Positions 1-12,892 of a DNA stretch of 20,000 bases are shown one piece after another. The stretch's first letter is position 1, and every line of letters starts with the position of its first letter. The translations under genes were made by a program, and so were the position numbers. The stretch comes from Neocallimastix sp. 'constans' (Eukaryota), in NCBI GenBank assembly GCA_050613775.1, contig JBODTK010000143.1, positions 416,661 to 436,660 on the forward strand, written 5' to 3'. The notes beneath the pieces are model-generated. The model saw only the letters and a program-made list of their open reading frames with translations, did not search any database and was not told the origin of the DNA.

Positions 1-381
1 AAATTTAAAAAAAAATAACCTTTTTTTTTATTTTATTTTTTTTTTTTTTTTTTTTTTTTTTTGTTCATCTCTATTCTAATGATAAATTTAAATAGTATTC
101 ATTAAACCATAATTATTACTATTATATTTAAATATTTTTCTTAAAAAAAAAAAAACTATTGATGTTATCTTCATTGGATTATATACATTTTAATTTTTAT
201 TTTTTATTTTTTATTTTTTATTTTTTAGTTTTAGTTTTTTATTTTTATTTTTTAATTAATAAATAAAAAATAAAATTATTATTATATTATTGCTATTCAT
301 GAAACTAGTTTTATTTTTAAGGGTTGACGCTCCTTAGTTTTTTAGTTTTAATTTTTTTTTAGTTTTACTTTTTTAGTTTTA

Positions 382-631
382 GTTAAGTATCCTTATTTTC
401 AAAAAAAAAGGAAGGCTAAAGTATCCTTATTTCCAAAAAAAAAAAAAAAAGAAAGGTTATGTATCCTTATTTTCAAAAAAAAAAGAAAGGTTAAGTATCC
501 TTATTTTCAAAAAAAAAAAGAAAGGTTAAGTATCCTTATTTTCAAAAAAAAAGAAAGGTTAAAGTATCCTTATTTTCAAAAAAAAAAAAAAAAAAAAAAA
601 AGAAAGGTTAAAGTGTCCTTATTTTCAAAAA

Positions 632-635
<4 letters not shown>
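382..635 (+). repeat. Minisatellite, 7 copies of GAAAGGTTAAGTATCCTTATTTTC + variable-length poly(A)
   Basis: GTATCCTTATT core at 387, 421, 461, 495, 530, 564 and 613 (GTGTCC variant). Periods are 34-49 nt and differ mainly in A-tract length. Confidence 0.92.
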
Positions 636-664
<29 letters not shown>

Positions 665-810
665 CGTCTTTGACATATAATTCTTAATGTAGTGTATGGT
701 AAAGATTTATACAATTTTTCTCTCGAGGACAAAAAAAAATCCCCATATTGTTCAGATCTTATAAATCCTTTAATTAATTCCAATTATATTTAGAGATTCT
801 ATTAGCTATG

Positions 811-855
<45 letters not shown>

Positions 856-974
856 TTATCATTTTTAATTCATTATTGATAGTAGAGAGAGAGAGAGATG
901 CCATGATAGGGATTACAATCTGATGGATTGCTCTTTCTATATTGAATAGAAATTTTATTGATGCGTTATTCTAT

Positions 975-1023
<49 letters not shown>

Positions 1024-1124
1024 GAAATCACCATTTCAAATACGATTTGATTAAGGCGTTTGTTTGAGACGTTTTTTAAATGCTAGATAAAATATTACTA
1101 TTACTATTATTTAGTATCACTTGA

Positions 1125-1267
1125 TTCTTCTGAATCATCGTTCACAAGGAATCAACGCTTTGAAGAATTCCATTTTGGAAATACTATCAGGGCCACAAGT
1201 TTCTTCTGAATCATCGTTCACAAGGAATCAACGCTTTGAAGAATTCCATTTTGGAAATACTATCAGG
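1125..1267 (+). repeat. Perfect 67-bp direct duplication (1125-1191 / 1201-1267)
   Basis: TTCTTCTGAATCATCGTTCACAAGG...GGAAATACTATCAGG is present twice with period 76. Confidence 0.93.
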
Positions 1268-1357
1268 ACCGAAAGCTACTTTTTTAAAGTTAGGCCTAGA
1301 ATGAGATTGCTTCGCTAATTTTTTTTTCATCACTAATACCTTGGTCTTGGTTAATAT

Positions 1358-1399
<42 letters not shown>

Positions 1400-1480
1400 C
1401 GTGGTTGAAATTTGATGTGTGTATACTTTTTTTATCCTGAAGAAAACTACTACTATTGAAATCTAGTCATTCTTTTTTTT

Positions 1481-1514
<34 letters not shown>

Positions 1515-1603
1515 CGTGGTTGAAATTTGATGTGTGTATACTTTTTTTATCCTGAAGAAAACTACTACTATTGAAATCTAGTCATTCTTTTTTTTTTTTA
1601 CTT
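1400..1603 (+). repeat. ~88-bp direct duplication (1400-1487 / 1515-1603), each copy preceded by poly(T)
   Basis: CGTGGTTGAAATTTGATGTGTGTATAC...GAAATCTAGTCATTC(T)nACTT is present twice with period 115. Confidence 0.93.
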
Positions 1604-1765
1604 ACAATTTAATTAAAAAAAATAAAATAGAAAAATTAAAATAATAAAATATAATATGAAATTTTTATCTATGGGAAGTCATTGATAAAAAAATTTAAGA
1701 AAAAAAAAAAAAAAAAAAAAAACAACTTTAATAAGAATTTATAATCATGAATAATCTCTCTCTCT

Positions 1766-1808
<43 letters not shown>

Positions 1809-3277
1809 ATATCTTTTGAGTTTCTGAAATTCTATTCAATTAGAGTAAAGCTTTGTTTAATAATAATAATAAATTTCCTCTACCATACTCATAAATAAAC
1901 TGAAATGAAACTGTTAATATTCATTACAATAAATATTATTCATGATACAACTTCAATATTTACTCCCATATCCAGTTTAAAAAAAAAAAAAAAAAAACAA
2001 TATAAAACATCAGGTTCACTTTCTACCGTCTTCCAACCATTCCAATTTTCTCTCTTCGTATGTATGGATTAGAAGCCATTTTTTTTTACAAAGGATAGCC
2101 AACGATGATCACTAGAATGAACAGAAAAAACTGTAATTTAGTACACCTGATATAGATAGGCTATTCCTTTTTCCATCAACTCTCCATCAACTCTGAAAAA
2201 AAAAAAAAGTCCATATCATTGGGGACAAATTTTTAATTAATCATAGAAAAATTTTATGCCATAAAGAATAAAAGGTGTATTGTTATTAGCAAGATATTCC
2301 GAATGCCCCACAATGTACCAAATATTTTGTTTTATTTTATTTTATTTTATTTTATTTTATTATATTATACTATATTATATTATATTACATTTTATTATAT
2401 TATATTATATTTTATTTTATTTTTATTTCATTTTCATTTCAATTTTCATATAATATAATAATAAATTATATGATAAAGTATAATGATTTCGAATATATAT
2501 ATTTATATTTTAAAGTAAAAATATATATAAAAAAAAAAAAGTAAAATAAAAAATCATAAAAATGAAATTGTTATAATTATTAGGATAGGATATAATCATT
2601 TTATAAATACACATTTAATCTTTTTTGTAGTTTTTTTTTTTTTTTTTTTATTGTTTAAATTTTTATTATTTTATTTATTATTATTATTATTTATTATTTA
2701 TTATTATTCTATTTTTTATTTTAAAAAAAAAAAAAAAAAAAAAATAGAATAACTTCATTATTACTATATATATATAATGAAATTTTCAATTAATTAAAAG
2801 TAATTATTATTATTATTATTATTATTTTATTTTTCTATTTTTAATCTATTATATTATTTTTATTTATTTATTATTATTATTATTAAATATTTATTAAATA
2901 TTTATTAAATATATTTAAAGAATTAATATGAAGTAAAATTTTTTTTATTTATGAAAATTAAAGTTATTGTTTTTATAATTTTTTTTTCCTATTTTTATAT
3001 TACTAATTTAATTCATTTTATTATATTATTTATAATATTATAAATATTATATTAAAATTGTAAATATTATTATTTATATATATTATATATATTTTTTATT
3101 TACTATTTACTTTCTATGTTGCTATATTATTTTAGTTAAGTAGTAAATAAATCATATATATAAATCAAAAAGAATATATACATATATATATATATTTTTT
3201 TTTATTTTAAAAGTTGTTATTATATATATATATATATATTTTAAGGTAATAGTAACCATTTAGTTTTACTATTATTA

Positions 3278-3336
<59 letters not shown>

Positions 3337-3586
3337 TTTTAATCTGTTTAAAATAAAACTTTTTTGTATTTTATATTTTTTATTATTATTAATTATATCT
3401 ATATTTGTATATATATATATATTTGAAGTTTTATTTTTAAAATATTTTAAAGTTTTATTATTAAAATATTTTTTATATTTATTATTTAAATATATATATA
3501 TATATATTATTTAATTATTTTTTTTCCCTTTTTAATTTATTTATTTTTTTTCCCTTTTATATTTATTTAATTATTTAATTATTTAT

Positions 3587-3747
3587 TTATTTAAGGAATT
3601 TGAATGAAAGATTGGCATCATATTGATAATCACTTGGAATCTCGAATAAACTTTCTGGAGCACATTTTTCATCACTTTCAATATCAATGTATTTGTATTG
3701 TAATACAGTACCTGCTAAGATTGGAATTTCTATAAAAATATATAATT

Positions 3748-3779
<32 letters not shown>

Positions 3780-5674
3780 TAATAAAAAAAAAATATATAT
3801 GTATATATACATATATATATTTATATTTATATTAAAAAAAAATAAATAAAATAATAAAAAATATTAATAATTATGATTAATGAATTATAAATAATTTTTA
3901 ATTTTATTATTTCAATAAATAAATTAATGAATAAATAAATATATTGATATATATAACTTACCAAACTTTAATGGGAATCTCTTGGCACCATCTATTTCCT
4001 TTAATACAAAATTAGCTATATTATCATAGATATTTCTTTCGTTATCATTATCTTTTGGATTAACATTGACTTGGTCATATAATACTAAACTAACCATTTC
4101 AACGAGTGGCATGAAATGATAGGTATTCAGTGGGAAGGTGTTTTCTTTAGTAAGCCATGTCTTAAAAAGAGTTTTGACATGCTTCTTTTCTTCACTAATT
4201 TCCATTACTCTACCCATGTGAAGACTTTCGGTATTCTTGGGATCAAAGTACTCCTCTTCACTGATGGCTTCCTTCTTCGTTTCTTCATACTTTATTGATT
4301 TTGAGGATTTCTTTGCTGTATTTTTAAAATAGGTATCGGCAATGTTATGTACCATTGAGGAAACATTACTGGAATTCTTTAAATTTTGAACTAACGAATT
4401 CTTCTCAATATCCGCATGATCGTGTCCATCATTTTTTTCAATCACCGAATGATAAATTTCTTCTAATTTCTTTTGTTCCTTCTCTGGTAAATGGTTTTCT
4501 TCCACATAGGTAGAAAAGAAGGATGGAATAAGTTGGTGAATATATAATATATCACTCTTTTCAATGGTATTACCATTATCATCCTTACCACGAATAATCA
4601 TATAAATTACTTTTTCGACTAATTTGGAATCTTTAGAGGTAATCTTAAAGATATTGGCATCGATAAACTTCTTAAAATCATTATCTGCTTCTATTATTCC
4701 ATTATTATTATTATTATTCTTACTCTTATTTTTGCTTTTTGATTCAGAGATGCTATCTTCCTCAATATCACTGTCATCACTGTCACTGTCGTCACTGTCA
4801 CTTTCAGAACTACTGACATTACTGAATTTTTTCTCTTGCTTAATAATATCTTCCATAACATGTTCATTCTTTTCAGATCCTGAAAATAATGATTCGTTAA
4901 GTTCTTGGGTGATGGCACCGAATCCTCCTAATCCGGTATTTCTAGATTTATCAAGATCTTGTACCGTAGTCTTAATATGACTTTTGTAATCGCCAATCAC
5001 CTTTTCATTATCTCTCTTTCTAATGATGACATCTACATCCTTAAATTTGAAAACATCCGTGGTGTACTTTTTATTGCCATTTACCTTAATAACTCTCTTC
5101 TTATTGCTGAGGCCACCAAATCCTTTATTACTCGACTTTTTAACCTTAAAATCAGAGTAATCAAAGTAGAATTTGAATAAGGTTTTAATACCCATTTTGG
5201 ACTTTAGATAGTTTCCCATCATCGGTTCAGATAATTCAGGATAAAGCTCAATGTATCGTTTAGATTTGTTATCTAAAAGGTATACATTTGCTGCACCATT
5301 GTCCTTAAACTTTAAGAGAAGGGACATACTTCCTTTCATCATTTTTGGAATCACTCCTCGTAAATCTACTCCTGAGAAACCAAAATCATATCTCATATCC
5401 TTTCCTCTCTTATATAAATGTTCTATATCTTTAATACCAATTTTATCTAATAATGGAATCTTTGTTTTAAATTTTAACTGAGCTCTGAAATGATAATAGG
5501 GTAATACTTCATTCCATTTTTCATAAGTACCTTCTTTTTTGTTTAAGTATTTATGATAATCTCTGAATTTTAAGAGTGTCAATTTTTCAATAAGATCCAT
5601 ATCTCCTAACCTGTATTATTACATTAATATTTAATATTTTAATATTTTAATATTTTAATATTTTAATATTTTAA

Positions 5675-5721
<47 letters not shown>

Positions 5722-6082
5722 TAATATATATATATTTGTTTAAATATTTATAAAAATTATTAATAAAAATAATAAATAAATAAATAAATAAATAATTAAT
5801 TAATTAATTAATTAATGAATGAATGAATGATTACATTATAGCTTCTTCTACTGGATTCCAACCAAATCTATTTCTTGAAACACAGTCACAACCGTTCTTT
5901 AAAAGTTCAAGAACACAGTTACGACGGTCAAGCATAAGTGCTAAATGAAGAGGTGTATTACCATGATTATCTTTAGCATTGATATTTTTTCTTATTTCTT
6001 CGTCTTGTAAACTTCTTTTAAGTCCATCAACATCGTTACGAAAAATACAACGATGAAGAGGAAAAGTTACTTCTATAGTCAT
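3587..6082 (-). CDS. ANKRD13: ANKRD13-family ankyrin-repeat protein with C-terminal 'GPCR-chaperone' domain; 3 exons: 6082-5835, 5610-3962, 3729-3587 (2040 nt, 679 aa + stop)
   Basis: Exon 1 encodes ankyrin repeats (FPLHRCIFRND...DNHGNTPLHLALMLDRRNCVLELLKNGCD...NRFGWNPVEEAI). Intron 1 (5834-5611, GTAATC...ATACAG) joins in frame to give EEAIMLGDMDLIEKL. Intron 2 (3961-3730, GTAAGT...TTATAG) joins to give the family-typical C-terminus FPLKFEIPIL...LFEIPSDY, ending at TAA 3589-3587. Internal motifs LYKRGKDMRYDFGFSG and KTWLTKENTFPL match the family from memory. ORF-track entries 5831..6148 and 3924..5600 are exons 1 and 2 with read-through into non-coding flanks. Confidence 0.85.
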
Positions 6083-6976
6083 TTTATGGTTTATATCTAA
6101 AATAATGATAAAATAAAATAAAATAAAATATAAAAAACATACAAACAAACAAACAAAAAAATTAATAACAATTATTTGGTAATAAGTTATTTATAATATA
6201 TTTAAATAATAATTAAAAATAATCCTTTAAGTCATCATAGATATATATATATATATAAATATTTAATATTGAAAAAAGTTGATATATATTTAATATATTT
6301 TTATATTGATTATATTTTTTTTTAAATAATATTCAGCTTTTCTCTTTCTACTTTTTTTCTTTTTTTTTTTTTTTTCTTTTTTTTTTTTTTTTTATTTTTT
6401 TATATATCATAATATATTATTAAAATATTGTTTTTTTTTTTTTTTATTTTCTTTTGAACTATAATAAACTTACATATAATAATATTGTTCCCCCCAAAAA
6501 TCTAAATTACTATTAACTATTTTATTATTACTATTGATTAATAATAAAAATAGTTCTTTATATATAAATTCTTAAATTAAATATAAAATTATTGAATTAA
6601 ATATTTTTTAAAAAAAAAAAAAAAATAAAAGAAGAAACCTGAAAAAATGTTTATTTTATAGTTTTATGATTTATAATATATTAAAATGATTTTTATAAAA
6701 AAAAAAATAAAATAAATATCCTTGGAATAAAATAATAATAAATAAAATTAATATTAATTATTTTTTTCTCTCTTTTTTTTTTTTTATGTATATAAAATTA
6801 GAATAATAAATAAAGATTTTATTATTAATAAGCTATTTATTAATATATTTTTATATTTTGTCATACTTTTATCTAATAAACATTTAATTAAATAAATTAT
6901 TATATTTATCAACAATATACCAATTCTTAATTTTTTTTATTTTATTTATTTATTTATTTATTATTTATTTATTTAC

Positions 6977-7013
<37 letters not shown>

Positions 7014-8497
7014 AAAATTTTTATTATTGAAATAATAAAAATATTATAAAAATAATACAAAAAGATTCATTTATCTAATAATTAATTCCAATAATGGAAA
7101 TTTAAATTAATTTATCAAATATTAAAAAATTGATAAATAAAATAAAAATATTTATATTATTTAATTAACTACAAAAAATATTAATAAAAAAAATTTTTTA
7201 TATAAAAGTATAATTACATAAACTTTAAGTAATAATAAAAATTATATATATTATTTTATTTCATTTTTTTAAAAATAAAAAAAAATATATATATATATAA
7301 AAATATATATATAAAAAAATATATATATAAAATTATATATATATATAAAAATATATAAAAATATAAAAATATATATAAAAATATAAAACTAACATATTAA
7401 ATACACTTTAATTTTTTTTTTTTTATTTTTTTTTATTTTATTTTATTTTATTTTATTTTATTTGAAAAATATGAAATGATATAATGTAATAATTTAAGAG
7501 AGTCAGTAACATAATTATATAGAAAAGAAATAAAAAAAAAAAAAAAAAAGAAAGACCTAAAAAGGTATTTTAGTATTTTCTATTATTACATAGGTCAAAT
7601 GTATTATAAAAATAAAAATAAAAATAAAAATTAAATAGAATTATAACAAAAATCTAATGCTTAAAAAAAAAAAAAAAGTATTAACATGGAAAAATAAATA
7701 CATTTTTTATAAATTTAATTGATTATATAAAATTTTATTATTAAAAAATAAATATATATATTATATTTGTAAATATTATATTTGTAAATATTATATTTGT
7801 AAAATAAAAAGGTAAATTTAAAATTTATTATTCATTATTTAATATATAATAAATAATTTTTTGTGAATATTATTTAATATAAGTTTATATTAATTTATTA
7901 AAAAAAAATCAATAAAAAAAATTTAATATTAAATAATAAATAAATAACTAAATTAAAAATTTACCAAAATAAAAAATAAAAAATAAGAAAAAATAAAATT
8001 TTTTTTTATTTCAAAATTGTTTAATGAATTAAATATAAATAAGATTGAAGTATTTTATAATATGTACAATTATTTTTATATAGTATAAATCTTAAAAAAT
8101 AAAAAAAAATAAGAAAATAAAAAATAAAAATTGAAAAAATTAAAATAATCTCTTTAATGAACTTTTTCCATTGATATTTTGATATCCCATGAGATTAGGT
8201 AACACACAATTATAACTATTAAAATATTTTTATCCCTTAACAATACTTTTGTGTATATAAAAAAAACAATTTTAATATTTTTTATATTAAATAAAAAGTA
8301 ATAATTAATAATAATTAATAATTTAATAATAATTTAATAATAATAATTTAATAATAATAATAATAAATGTAGTAAAAATAATGATAATTATTGATATAAT
8401 AATATATAGATTTCTGTACTCTTCATTCTTTAATTTCTGACAATGTGTATATTGTTTCTTGAAATTACTCAATATTAAAAATTACAAATTTTGTGAC

Positions 8498-8613
<116 letters not shown>

Positions 8614-8962
8614 TAATTTCAATGATTAAACGTTAACAAAAACGTTATTAATAAAAAAAGTAAATGACTTAAAGTGCTGCTTTAAATTTTTTTTCTTCAA
8701 AATAGTAATTGTGTAAAAAAAAAAAAATAATAATAATTTAAGAAATTAAATCTAGAATCTTTTGTTATTTTATAATCATTAATCATTAATCATCATTAAT
8801 CATAATAATAATAATCAATTTAAAAATAAAATTATATATATTGTACTCATTCAATATTTAATGAGTAAAAAAGACAAATTCATAATGTATATTTCGTTGA
8901 AAATTTTAGAACAAAATTATTAAAGAATTTTTTTTTAAAAAAAAAAATAAAATAAAATAAAA

Positions 8963-9055
<93 letters not shown>

Positions 9056-10146
9056 TAATAATAATAATAAATAATAATAATAATAATATGAATAAATTAA
9101 TTTTATCAAGTAAATTTGAATAAATATTAAATAATTCGGATAAAATAAAATTGGGTAATTAACAATATGTAATGGGTAAAAAGGATTAAGAACAATAATA
9201 TTTAATAAGAAAGAAAATATTAAAAAAATTTTATTATCGATGATATTATATATTATAATAAAATAAAATAATTAACTGTAATTATTATAAATATCTACTT
9301 TAGTAGTAAAAGCAAATCATTCCTAGAAAGTAAAAATAATAGCAATATAAAAATAATAGCAATATAAAAATAATAGCAATATAAAAATAAAAATAAAAAT
9401 AAAAATAAAAAGATTTCTGTAATTGATTTCATATATTTAATAATAATTTAATATAGTGTTGAAAAATTATATTAATATATAATATTAAATTTAATATATC
9501 ATATTTAAACAATAGTTAATACGGAAGGGAGAATTTATTAGGAAAACTATCATATATTAATATATTTTTAATAATTTATATTATTTTAGTTTTTAATAGT
9601 AATAATGAATATTATTAATTATTATTGCAAAGAGTATAATAATAAATATTAGTAATAGCTTTAAAAAACAAAATAATAATATAAATATTAATAAAAATAA
9701 AAGTATTAATAAAAATATAAATATTAATAATAAAAAATAAAAATATTAATAATAAAAAATAAAAATATTAATAATAAAAATAAAAATATTAATAGTAAAA
9801 ATAAAAAATAATAAAAATAAAAATAATAATAAAAATAATAATAAAAAATAATAAAAATAGTAATAAATTATACAAATAATAATATAAATAATAATATTAG
9901 TATTATAATCTCTTTTTTTTTTTTTTTTTTCCCTTTTTTAATATTATTTATAAATAATTATTTTTATTATTATTATTATAATATAAAAAAAAAAAAAGGA
10001 AAAAAAATTATTTAATATGGTAAAAAAAAACTAATAGAAAATTCTTATTATAATTAAGAATAAACAATTTAATATAAATAAAAGAATCTTTGATTAAATA
10101 TATCTAAATAATTAACATTTAATTATCTTTCTGGAGTAAAAGATTA

Positions 10147-10296
10147 TAATCTCACTTTATATAATACTAAATAATATTTAACATGCAACCTTTTTTAATC
10201 TCATTTTATATAATACTAAATAATATTTAACATGCAACCTTTTTTAATCTCATTTTATATAATACTAAATAATATTTAACATGCAACCTTTTTTAA
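10147..10296. repeat. 49-bp tandem repeat, 3 copies
   Basis: TAATCTCA(C/T)TTTATATAATACTAAATAATATTTAACATGCAACCTTTTT starts at 10147, 10196 and 10245. Confidence 0.93.
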
Positions 10297-10398
10297 AGTA
10301 GTTTCATATTATTCATTTTATTATACTAATGTTAATAATATATACTAATTGAGAAAATCGATAAAAAATAACATTCAAATGATTAAATTATAAGTAGA

Positions 10399-10451
<53 letters not shown>

Positions 10452-11037
10452 GAAATATATAAATATTTCTAATAAATTTTTAATTCAAATGTATTAATTT
10501 CATGTAATTAATAATAAATGTTTTATTGTATAAACATGTATATTAATATTAATATACCAACAATATTCTTTAATATATATAATAATACTATTTTTTTTTT
10601 TTTTTTAAATGATGTCATTTATAATTTAAGAATAAAAGAATTTTTAAAATGAAAATTTATTTAATTAAAATTATATATAATATAATTATTCATTATAAAA
10701 ACAAAAAAAAAAAAAAAATAAATATTTTATAAGTTCTCTTTTATAACAAAAATTCCTTATTATTTTTTTTTTTAAAAAAAAAAAAAAAAAAGATATAAAA
10801 AAAAAATATTTTAAGAATTGTATCAACATTTAAATTAACTCAACAAATAAAAAGTTTTAAATCAATCTTTTAATTTTTTTTATTGGCTATTCTTAATTTA
10901 AAAAAATAAAAAAAAAAATTCAAAAACATGTGAAAATAAAAAATTAAAATATAAAATACATAAAACATAAAATATAAAATATTGATTTATAAAATATATA
11001 AAAAAAATAAAAAAAAATAATATTAAATATATATCAT

Positions 11038-11070
<33 letters not shown>

Positions 11071-11195
11071 TAGATTAATTTATTATAAATCAAAATAATA
11101 TATTTGCAAAATTTATATATACTTTTCTATTTTATGTTATATTATTTTATATTATATTTGTTATATTTATGTCAATTTCTTTCATACTTATTTTA

Positions 11196-12892
11196 TTTTA
11201 TATTTTATATTTTATATTTTATATTTTATATTTTATATTTTATATTTTATATTTTATATTTTATATTTTATATTTTATATTTTTATATTTTATATTTTAT
11301 ATTTTATATTTTAAATTTTATATTTTATATTTTATATTTTATATTTTATATTTTATATTTTATATTTTATATTTTATATTTTATATTTTATATAATAATA
11401 TATTTTATATTTTATATTTTATATTTTATATTTTATATTTTATATTTTATATTTTATATTTTATATTTTATATTTTATATTTTATATTTTATATTTTATA
11501 TTTTATATTTTATATTTTATATTTTATATTTTATATTTTATATTTTATATTTTATATTTTATATTTTTATATTTTATATTTTATATTTTATATTTTAAAT
11601 TTTATATTTTATATTTTATATTTTATATTTTATATTTTATATTTTATATTTTATATTTTATATTTTATATTTTATATAATAATATATTTTATATTTTATA
11701 TTTTATATTTTATATTTTATATTTTATATTTTATATTTTATATTTTATATTTTATATTTTATATTTTATATTTTATATTTTATATTTTATATTTTATATT
11801 TTATATTTTATATTTTATATTTTACATTTTATATTTTATATTTTATATTTTATATTTTATATAATAATATATTTTATATTTTATATTTTATATTTTATAT
11901 TCTATAATTTTATATTTTATATTTTATATTTTATATTTTATATAATAATATATTTTATATTTTATATTTTATATTTTATATTCTATAATTTTATATTTTA
12001 TATTTTATATTTTATATTTTATATTTTATATTTTATATTTTATATTTTATATTTTATATTTTATATTTTATATTTTACATTTTATATTTTATATTTTATA
12101 TTTTATATTTTACATTTTATATTTTATATTTTATATTTTATATTTTATATTTTATATTTTATATTTTATATTTTATATTTTAAATTTTATATTTTATATT
12201 TTATATTTTATATTTTATATAATAATATATTTTATATTTTATATTTTATATTTTATATTCTATAATTTTATATTTTATATTTTATATTTTATATTTTATA
12301 TTTTATATTTTATATTTTATATTTTATATTTTATATTTTATATTTTATATTTTATATTTTATATTTTATATTTTATATTTTATATTTTATATTTTATATT
12401 TTATATTTTATATTTTATATTTTATATTTTATATAATAATATATTTTATATTTTATATTTTATATTTTATATTTTATATTTTATATTTTATATTTTATAT
12501 TTTATATTTTATATTTTATATTTTACATTTTATATTTTATATTTTATATTTTATATTTTATATTTTATATTTTATATTTTATATTTTATATTTTATATTT
12601 TATATTTTATATTTTATATTTTAAATTTTATATTTTATATTTTATATTTTATATTTTATATAATAATATATTTTATATTTTATATTTTATATTTTATATT
12701 CTATAATTTTATATTTTATATTTTATATTTTATATTTTATATTTTATATTTTATATTTTATATTTTATATTTTATATTTTATATTTTATATTTTACATTT
12801 TATATTTTATATTTTATATTTTATATTTTATATTTTATATTTTATATTCTATAATTTTATATATTTTATATTTTATATTTTATATTCTATAA
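11196..12892. repeat. ~1.7 kb (ATATTTT)n heptamer satellite with recurring variant units
   Basis: Continuous ATATTTT period-7 array interrupted by recurring variants TAAAT, ATAATAATA, TTCTATAA and TTACATT. Confidence 0.97.

Noticed and set aside
382..635. CRISPR-like array (conserved ~24-nt repeat, ~35-nt period)
   Set aside because: The intervening sequence is only poly(A), not unique spacers; no cas genes; eukaryotic context.
977..1024. T-run followed by G10-AGGG as a G-quadruplex or polypurine tract
   Set aside because: A single homopolymer junction with no associated LTR; may be slippage or a sequencing artefact.
1121..1318. 65-aa ORF
   Set aside because: TTG start, built from a 76-nt-period duplication read in two frames, no recognisable motif.
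4116..5481. Plus-strand ORFs 4116-4298, 4624-4980, 4959-5180, 5251-5481 and alternate-frame 4694-4918
   Set aside because: Shadow ORFs overlapping ANKRD13 exon 2.
6083..6148. N-terminal extension MFVCFLYFILFYFIIILDINHK as a signal peptide
   Set aside because: TTG start within (TTTG)n/(TTTTA)n simple repeats; the ATG at 6082 matches the family N-terminus.
8906..9109. 67-aa hydrophobic ORF
   Set aside because: Translation of (TTA)n/(TTTA)n microsatellites.
9331..9410. 17-bp x3 repeat (TAAAAATAATAGCAATA) followed by (TAAAAA)n
   Set aside because: Ordinary slippage repeat in AT-rich spacer DNA; no sign of function.
11104..11864. 164-aa and 231-aa YILYFIF-repeat ORFs
   Set aside because: Stop-free translation of the (ATATTTT)n satellite; no coding evidence.
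11196..12892. Telomeric repeat
   Set aside because: No G-rich strand, and the array is internal, flanked by genes.
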